Source: Candidatus Thorarchaeota archaeon
Lineage (GTDB): Archaea > Asgardarchaeota > Thorarchaeia > Thorarchaeales > Thorarchaeaceae
Reading direction: 5' to 3'
Length of the DNA: 64,000 nucleotides
Assembly: GCA_046758445.1 (NCBI GenBank)
Contig: JBHIAE010000001.1
Span: 1 to 64,000 of the forward strand
The position numbers and the translations under genes are program-made. A model generated the notes under the pieces. That model was not told the DNA's origin. It did no database searches and worked only from the letters and a program-made list of their open reading frames with translations. Shown piece after piece: positions 58,129 to 64,000 of this stretch (the first letter of the stretch is position 1; every line of letters begins with the position of its first letter).

Positions 58129-58695
58129 TCAACGTGCCCGATATGTCTTCTCAAGTGCCCACCTTAATGCCCTTTGGATTTCACCAAACCTATCCTCATT
58201 ACCGAAGTTGCGGATTGTCACTTCTTGGAGAATGCCATCCTCAGCCCGCACTTCGAAGTCGAAAGCTTGCTCCCATTCTATCTCTCCGTTCTCCACTCTA
58301 TGGCGATCCTCTTCCTGGAACTTCCCAAGGATTCTCTCCACAAAGAATCGAGCAAATGCGCCACGCTTAATGTCGTAAATAGCGTGAGATGCTGGATGCA
58401 CGGTCAGACTCTGGCCGTCAGTTTCTATTGTGGCAAGCTCCAATTCACGTGCCTTGTTCATTACGCTAACTGAACGGGCTTCACCAGCTTCAATCACAGG
58501 AGAGGTGGTAGCCGAAGGTGCTGCCTGGGTAGGAGCAATTGCAGAATCCGCTGTGGCAAAGCTGCTAGATCCTATCATCGAGTCGAGGACCTGGATGTAT
58601 TCCTGCAGCCTCTCCACCTTATCTCTAAGCTCAGCCAGTTGCTCATCAAGCTCTCTTCTCAGCTCGAGAAGAATGCGTATCTCTGGGTTCTCCAC
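58129..58695 (-). CDS. Conserved hypothetical coiled-coil protein
   Basis: N-terminal heptads, SFATAD, C-terminal LRWALEK. Confidence 0.7.
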   Translation of the reverse strand: MENPEIRILLELRRELDEQLAELRDKVERLQEYIQVLDSMIGSSSFATADSAIAPTQAAPSATTSPVIEAGEARSVSVMNKARELELATIETDGQSLTVHPASHAIYDIKRGAFARFFVERILGKFQEEDRHRVENGEIEWEQAFDFEVRAEDGILQEVTIRNFGNEDRFGEIQRALRWALEKTYRAR

Positions 58696-58801
58696 TTGCC
58701 GACCTCAATCTAGTTCTGAATGGGCTACTTCGTATGTAGTCAAAGGCATTTTAGTTCATGTGTTATTGAGTTCTGAGCCAGTTTCACGAGAATGCCGAAG
58801 A

Positions 58802-59035
58802 CTAATCAGACACAACCGATATTGCAAAATCGGGACACTCAAGCTCACAAAGTCCACAGACCTTGCATGCATCAATATCAACCACAACCGGGAGAAAGAA
58901 ACCGCGATTGTCCACCTCACCGGACTTCTCTAGAACATCATGCGGACAGACGGAGATGCATATGTCACAGCCCTTGCATAGTTTCGTGTCTACAACGATT
59001 TCGCTGGCGGTCTTGGGCATTTGCCGGGTCTCCAA
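58802..59035 (-). CDS. 2x[4Fe-4S] ferredoxin (KorD-like)
   Basis: CKGCDICISVCP, CKVCGLCELECPDFAI. Confidence 0.9.
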   Translation of the reverse strand: METRQMPKTASEIVVDTKLCKGCDICISVCPHDVLEKSGEVDNRGFFLPVVVDIDACKVCGLCELECPDFAISVVSD

Positions 59036-59137
59036 GCCCTCAGCTCATTTCGCAGAATATAACGATATTCATGTGCTCATAGAGAGGCGGTGTTAAATAG
59101 ACAGAGTGCGGACACATTGTAGGAGGCTCGTACACAT

Positions 59138-59854
59138 TTGCTGAAGTCGTTCCTCGTCTTCATGTGTCAGAAATGCAGGAACTTCACAAATGCTCCTGCA
59201 GGACAGAAACGCAGAAGATGCAGCTACTGCGGACATATCATCAACGTCACAAAGGCATCGTGTGCAGTATTTGACTCTCCAGAGATGGCCACGGCTGCTG
59301 TAAAGGAGTTTAACGCGTCCAGGGGAGGCGACGAGTTTGAAAAAGCGGTTGAGATGAGTAGAGACAAGGTTCGCGCACTTCTTCCTTCTGAAACAATACT
59401 GGCTGAGGATGTTGTGGAGAAGAGCAGGACTACACCACCTGCGGGGAAGAATAAGCGGCTCATTCGACTCCTCGAGGAGAATGCAACAGACGGCGAGTGT
59501 TCGCTAGATAGATTGGCTGGATTATCCCCCAAGTATCATTTGGAGTGGTCGTGGGTGGAGAAGCAGCTCACTAAGCTATCCAATCAAGGGACGTTGATAT
59601 TCCCCAGACCCTGGTCCGTTCGGTTCATCCGAAGTGCCGGAGACAGACCGAAGAGAGCAAGTGAAAGTGTTGATGTTTCCGAAGATATCCTAGAGCTTCT
59701 CGCGCAGTTGGGAGGAAAGGCCAGGCTTGAAAGACTGGCTGAACACTTTGAGAAACAAGGAATCTCGCAGGATTCTGTGGAGAAGTCACTAGATCGATTG
59801 ATGAGGAGCGGACACCTCTACGAGCCCAGTCCAGGATTGCTTAGTCTAGCGTGA
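59138..59854 (+). CDS. Zinc-ribbon (DUF1922-like) plus winged-helix protein
   Basis: CQKC...CSYCG; two C-terminal wHTH-like segments (GTLIFPRP, GHLYEPSPG). Confidence 0.65.
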   Translation: MLKSFLVFMCQKCRNFTNAPAGQKRRRCSYCGHIINVTKASCAVFDSPEMATAAVKEFNASRGGDEFEKAVEMSRDKVRALLPSETILAEDVVEKSRTTPPAGKNKRLIRLLEENATDGECSLDRLAGLSPKYHLEWSWVEKQLTKLSNQGTLIFPRPWSVRFIRSAGDRPKRASESVDVSEDILELLAQLGGKARLERLAEHFEKQGISQDSVEKSLDRLMRSGHLYEPSPGLLSLA

Positions 59855-59866
59855 CCATTCGATTGA

Positions 59867-60292
59867 TTGAATAGCAGAAGCTTCAAAGGAGCTGTGGAAG
59901 CAATGCCAATTGTAGAGCTTGTAGCAAAGAGAACTCTTCAGAGTAACCCAGAGTTGGGGCTTGAAGTCATTGACCTGATCGTTCTCCTTTGGCTCTATTC
60001 GAACCCCTATGAAAGCAAGAGAAGACAGCTAAGCAGTATGAGAACCGTGTTGAAGATGACTGAGACCCTTCAGACACCCGGCAAGGGGATAGAGCTTACA
60101 GATGATGACTTGACTCAGATTGTATTGGCAAGTCTGCAGAAGCTTAAGCAAAGGGGCCTTGTATACGTAAGGTCGGCGGGAGTACACTTCATAAAAGCAA
60201 CAATGACCGATTCTGGCATAGACTTGGTCAAGGAGTCTGTCACAACTCCAGTGTTGAGACGAATCACAGCCGAGTTCGGTGACAATCCCTGA
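59867..60292 (+). CDS. Winged-helix-like hypothetical protein
   Basis: LQKLKQRGLV...MTDSG wing pattern. Confidence 0.6.
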   Translation: MNSRSFKGAVEAMPIVELVAKRTLQSNPELGLEVIDLIVLLWLYSNPYESKRRQLSSMRTVLKMTETLQTPGKGIELTDDDLTQIVLASLQKLKQRGLVYVRSAGVHFIKATMTDSGIDLVKESVTTPVLRRITAEFGDNP

Positions 60293-60323
60293 TGCTCAGT
60301 TAGAAATGATTTCTTTCGCAATG

Positions 60324-60477
60324 TTTAAATTGACAGTTCTCACGGCGGACACCTGTCGCTCTAGCATGACGACTGTTTCAGAACCGATGGATTCAGTGCA
60401 GGCCTCTAGTTCTGCGCGCGGAGTTTGCCTGCAGACGTGTGCCGGAAGGTTCTGGAGTGGTTGTATAGCGTGTGACA
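60324..60477 (+). promoter_or_regulatory. TATA box plus long structured 5' leader of the r-protein operon
   Basis: TTTAAA 60324-29; nested stems 60354-59/60472-77, 60376-85/60448-57, 60397-403/60427-33. Confidence 0.5.
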
Positions 60478-60539
60478 CCACTTTGGCAACTTGAGAGTCA
60501 AGTAGCTAGGTGAAACTTGAGCACCGGATGTGAGTCGAT

Positions 60540-61004
60540 ATGCCGACATATGGATACTCAATCATAGGCATTGACCCGGATAAGACGGCCGTTTCTAGTG
60601 GTCGAAACATGAGATGTTCTCCCAAGCAGTGCAGGGAGGTCTGCAATGCCATACACGGCATGATGCTAGACAAGGCCATCGAACTCCTTGAGAATGTCAT
60701 TGAAGAGAAAGCATGGATCCCATTCAGACGTCACAAGAAGAAGAGAGGACACCATTCTGGGATGAAGAAATGGGCTGCTGGAGGCCATCCAGTAAAGGCC
60801 TCTCAGAATATCCTCAAAGTCCTAAGAAATGCGGAGGCCAATGCTGACAACAAGGGTCTGGACATAGACCGACTGAGAATCATCCACGCTGCTGCAAATA
60901 GAGGAACCACATACAAGAAGTACATCGAGAGAGCATTTGGAAGAAGCACACCATACTTCGAGAATACAACACACGTGGAGATTGTGCTGGAGGAAGTGAT
61001 GTAG
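60540..61004 (+). CDS. rpl22: 50S ribosomal protein L22 (uL22)
   Basis: SPKQCREVC, NAEANA, RAFGR, THVEI. Confidence 0.96.
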   Translation: MPTYGYSIIGIDPDKTAVSSGRNMRCSPKQCREVCNAIHGMMLDKAIELLENVIEEKAWIPFRRHKKKRGHHSGMKKWAAGGHPVKASQNILKVLRNAEANADNKGLDIDRLRIIHAAANRGTTYKKYIERAFGRSTPYFENTTHVEIVLEEVM

Positions 61005-61005
61005 A

Positions 61006-61911
61006 ATGTCGGCGGTCAAGTACTTCATTGATTTGAACTCGCGCAGGCTGAGAGTCGACGAGTTCCTTGCACGGGAGTTGAACTCCGCAGGGTATGGTGG
61101 AGTCGAGATTCGCAAAATGCCAATGAAGACAGAGGTTGTCATCCACGCCTCCCGGCCCGGTGTAGTGATTGGAAGAAGAGGATCGAAGATTCGAGAACTG
61201 ACCGAGATTCTGGAGTCGGAATTTGGTATCGAGAACGTCCAGGTCGAGGTGAGTGAGATTGAGAATCCGTGGCTCAACGCACAGGTCATGGCCTCAAGAC
61301 TTGCAAGACAACTAGAGCGTGGGGTTCGATTCAGAAGGATGGCATATTGGATCCTCAGACGTGTTATGCGTGCAGGTGCTTTAGGGTGCGAGATCATAGT
61401 GAAAGGCAAGTTGTCCAGCAGAAGAGCAAGATATCAGAAGTTCAAGCAAGCAACTGTGGCCAAGACGGGGGAGCCAGCAGACTTGTTTGTAGATGAGGCA
61501 GATGACACAGCGGTTCTGAAACCCGGAGTAATCGGAGTTAAGGTCAGAATCATGCGGCCGGACGCAAAGCTTCCCGGAGTAATAAAGGTGAAGCAGCCGA
61601 AACCACGAAAGGCCGAAGAGCCTGACGTCCTCAAGCGAGTTGAAGAAGAGGTAGAGATTGAGGAAGAAGTCAAAGAGGGGCTTGAAGGGATTACTGACAT
61701 TGAGGAACTTCGAGAACTTGAAGAGCTAGACGGACTGGAGCTTGTCACTGAGCCCGTGGAGTCGGAAGAAACCCCACCGACCGAATCTGAAGAGCCTGAA
61801 CCTGTTGAGGAGCCCGTAGAGAAAGAGGAGGCTCCGGCTCCTCCTGATGCAGAGGCCACTCTAAAAGAGCTAGAAGAGATAGAGGGTCTTGAGGAAGTAG
61901 AGGAGGAGTAG
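61006..61911 (+). CDS. rps3: 30S ribosomal protein S3 (uS3)
   Basis: KH domain RPGVVIGRRG, GALGCEI, KPGVIGVKV. Confidence 0.96.
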   Translation: MSAVKYFIDLNSRRLRVDEFLARELNSAGYGGVEIRKMPMKTEVVIHASRPGVVIGRRGSKIRELTEILESEFGIENVQVEVSEIENPWLNAQVMASRLARQLERGVRFRRMAYWILRRVMRAGALGCEIIVKGKLSSRRARYQKFKQATVAKTGEPADLFVDEADDTAVLKPGVIGVKVRIMRPDAKLPGVIKVKQPKPRKAEEPDVLKRVEEEVEIEEEVKEGLEGITDIEELRELEELDGLELVTEPVESEETPPTESEEPEPVEEPVEKEEAPAPPDAEATLKELEEIEGLEEVEEE

Positions 61912-61913
61912 AC

Positions 61914-62120
61914 ATGGCAAGACTCACAGCAAAGGACATCCGCAAACTTACGCCAGCCGAGCGCCAGAAGAAACTGGAAGATCTGTACAACGAGCTCTCA
62001 GAGATTAGAATTCAGTTGGCGACAGGCGGAGGCACAGAGAACCCATTCAGGATCAGGAATGTCAGGAGAGCCATTGCAAGACTCCTGACGATTGAGAGCG
62101 AAATGGAGCGTGAGAGGTAA
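61914..62120 (+). CDS. rpl29: 50S ribosomal protein L29 (uL29)
   Basis: ENPFRIRNVRRAIARLLT. Confidence 0.93.
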   Translation: MARLTAKDIRKLTPAERQKKLEDLYNELSEIRIQLATGGGTENPFRIRNVRRAIARLLTIESEMERER

Positions 62121-62122
62121 TC

Positions 62123-62407
62123 ATGAAGACCACGCCAAGCATTCTAACAAGACATGAGCTCCTTGGACTCCAGACTCACGTTGTGAGCTCGTCCGACCCA
62201 GGACTAGTCTGCAAGAATGGTACAATCGAGCATGAGTCGAGAGAGATGATACATCTGTCTACAGAAAGAGGCCTCGTTAGGCTGCCAAAGAAAGTGTGCG
62301 TGTTTAACATTAGCCTCACAAATGGAACTGTCGTCAGAGTTGACGGTAGCTTGTTGAGAGGAACTCCTGAGGATAGGCTGAAGAAGCGCAAGAGTCGGAG
62401 ATGGTGA
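62123..62407 (+). CDS. rnp1: Ribonuclease P protein component 1 (Rpp29/Pop4)
   Basis: HELLGL, G.I.HES, LPK, PEDRLKK; position in operon. Confidence 0.9.
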   Translation: MKTTPSILTRHELLGLQTHVVSSSDPGLVCKNGTIEHESREMIHLSTERGLVRLPKKVCVFNISLTNGTVVRVDGSLLRGTPEDRLKKRKSRRW

Positions 62408-62410
62408 TCA

Positions 62411-62773
62411 ATGTCGGAAACCAAGGTACGCAATATAGGAATTCCAAATGTAGAGCCGCCTGAAAGAGTCTGTGACGACCCGCATTGTCCATTTCATGGC
62501 AATCTTCCTGTGAGGGGTCGTGTCATGGAGGGTACAGTCACTAGTGTGAAAATGCGCAAGGCAATCACATTCCAGCAAGACTATCTTAGTCTAATCAAGA
62601 AGTACTCAAGATACGAACGACGTAGATCGAAGAAACACGCCCATCTTCCACCATGTATTGATGTGAGCATTGGCGACTTTGTCAAGACTGTCGAGTGTCG
62701 ACCCATAAGCAAGACCGTATCCTGTGTAGTGGTGGGAGTTACAAGGAAGAAAGACGAGAAGGAGGAGGCATAG
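62411..62773 (+). CDS. rps17: 30S ribosomal protein S17 (uS17)
   Basis: CDDPHCPFHG, KYSRYERR, ECRPISKT. Confidence 0.96.
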   Translation: MSETKVRNIGIPNVEPPERVCDDPHCPFHGNLPVRGRVMEGTVTSVKMRKAITFQQDYLSLIKKYSRYERRRSKKHAHLPPCIDVSIGDFVKTVECRPISKTVSCVVVGVTRKKDEKEEA

Positions 62774-63196
62774 TTGTCAAGGAAGGTTGGCAGAGGCATC
62801 AAGAAGTTCATGCCAAGGATTGCACGGGGCTTGCCAATTGGAGCCAAAATTCTTTGTACTGACAACTCCGGTGCCCGAGAGCTCCAGATTATTACTGTAT
62901 TTGGATACAAGGGAAAGCTCAGGAAGCTCGGAAAGGCTGGCATCGGAGATAGAGTCAACGTTTCAGTGACCAAGGGCAAGCAGGACCTGCGAAAGCAGGT
63001 ATTGCAGGCGGTCATAGTTAGACAGAGAAAATCGTACCGCCGGCCTGATGGTACGTGGATGCAGTTCGAAGACAATGCAGCAGTCCTGATTAAACCAGGC
63101 GGAGAACCTCAGGGCTCAGAACTGCGGGGCCCGATGGCGAGGGAAGTTACTCTGAAATGGCCACGAGTGGCGGCCATAGCGTCGAAGATAGTGTGA
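62774..63196 (+). CDS. rpl14: 50S ribosomal protein L14 (uL14)
   Basis: DNSGA, IVRQRK, FEDNAAV, GPMARE. Confidence 0.96.
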   Translation: MSRKVGRGIKKFMPRIARGLPIGAKILCTDNSGARELQIITVFGYKGKLRKLGKAGIGDRVNVSVTKGKQDLRKQVLQAVIVRQRKSYRRPDGTWMQFEDNAAVLIKPGGEPQGSELRGPMAREVTLKWPRVAAIASKIV

Positions 63197-63200
63197 GGTT

Positions 63201-63593
63201 GTGACGATGACAAAGAAACCGAGTTCAAAGGCCCCAAAGAAGCAGAGACGACGCATCTACAAATCGCCCCTACACTCGCGACGAAACATGCTGAAGTGTA
63301 GACTTGACGAGTTCCTTCAAGAAGAGTATGGCATGCGCTCCATGAGGATCAAGAGGGGCGACCTGGTGCGCATCATGAGAGGGCAGTTCCGGGACACGGA
63401 GGGAAAGGTCATCGCAGTGGACTACCGTAACATCCGGGTCCATCTTGAGAACGCAACCGTTACGAGAGCTGATGGTAAGGAGGCCCAGATTCCGATGCAT
63501 CCTTCCAATCTAATGTTGGTCAAGCTTGAGCTTGACGACGACAGGAAGAGGATACTTGAGAAGAAGGTTGTTCAGCTTGAGGAGAGTGAATAG
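63201..63593 (+). CDS. rpl24: 50S ribosomal protein L24 (uL24)
   Basis: PKKQR, KRGDLVRIMRG KOW motif, HPSN. Confidence 0.95.
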   Translation: MTMTKKPSSKAPKKQRRRIYKSPLHSRRNMLKCRLDEFLQEEYGMRSMRIKRGDLVRIMRGQFRDTEGKVIAVDYRNIRVHLENATVTRADGKEAQIPMHPSNLMLVKLELDDDRKRILEKKVVQLEESE

Positions 63594-64000
63594 ATGACGA
63601 GAAGAGGGCAGAAGAAGCACCTGAAGCGGTTGCCGGCTCCAAGACACTGGCCGATCAAGAGGAAACATGGAAAGTTCGCCACAAAACCAGTTGCAGGACC
63701 TCATCCAAAAGAGCACTGTCTGACACTTACTATTCTCCTCAGAGAGATCCTAGGCTATGCGGAGAACATGCGAGAAGTGAAAGCGATTCTGTCAACAGGC
63801 CAGATACTTGTCGATGGAAGAACTCGCAAGGACCCCCGATATCCTATAGGGATGATGGATGTCATCGAGGTCAAGGGTTCTGGCGAGCGTTTCAGACTAC
63901 TGCCTAGAACTCGAGGAGGACTCCGACTTGTTTCGATTGATGAGAAGGAAGCCGGTTTCAAGCTGTGCAGAATTGAGAAGAAGATGATGGTCCCAGGAGG
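63594..64000 (+). CDS. rps4e: 30S ribosomal protein S4e (partial, runs off the window)
   Basis: MTRRGQKKHLKRLPAPRHWPIKRK...GPH...YPIGMMDVI. Confidence 0.95.
   Translation, partial: MTRRGQKKHLKRLPAPRHWPIKRKHGKFATKPVAGPHPKEHCLTLTILLREILGYAENMREVKAILSTGQILVDGRTRKDPRYPIGMMDVIEVKGSGERFRLLPRTRGGLRLVSIDEKEAGFKLCRIEKKMMVPG

Noticed and set aside
1-64000. CRISPR arrays, tRNA/rRNA genes, transposases, integrases or prophage genes
   Set aside because: No periodic repeats, cloverleaf structures or mobile-element motifs seen on reading both strands.

Overview
Archaeal chromosomal segment of about 50% GC, most likely Asgard/Thorarchaeota-like. This is inferred from the archaeal LeuRS, TFBs, Rpo12, EndA, GGGPS, archaeal r-proteins, a stand-alone roadblock protein, a Get3-like ATPase and an HdrA-MvhD fusion. 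The left half (1-25 kb) is metabolic and accessory. It carries a degenerate YgeW-like carbamoyltransferase, an ABC ATPase/B12-radical SAM/permease operon, a nucleobase-type deaminase with a PAS histidine kinase, and two tungsten-AOR operons: (ferredoxin-AOR-PreA-like flavoenzyme) and (MoaD/SAMP-cyclic amidohydrolase-ferredoxin-AOR-ATC-hydrolase). My best candidate for an undescribed system is that these form a nucleobase (purine/pyrimidine) catabolic pathway built on W-AOR enzymes. The right half is mostly housekeeping: leuS, two tfb, endA, uppP, get3, rpo12, aIF1, map, GGGPS, hdrA(-mvhD)CB-mobA and the start of the rpl22-rps4e operon. It also holds two unannotated structured-RNA candidates (divergent from tfb at about 34.55-34.71 kb, and a long hairpin leading the r-protein operon at about 60.35-60.48 kb), a stand-alone TFB-cyclin-repeat protein, several predicted pseudo-enzymes, and small ORFs missed by the ORF track. 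I saw no tRNA, rRNA, CRISPR array or transposase. All product calls come from motif recognition by eye; no database searches were run.
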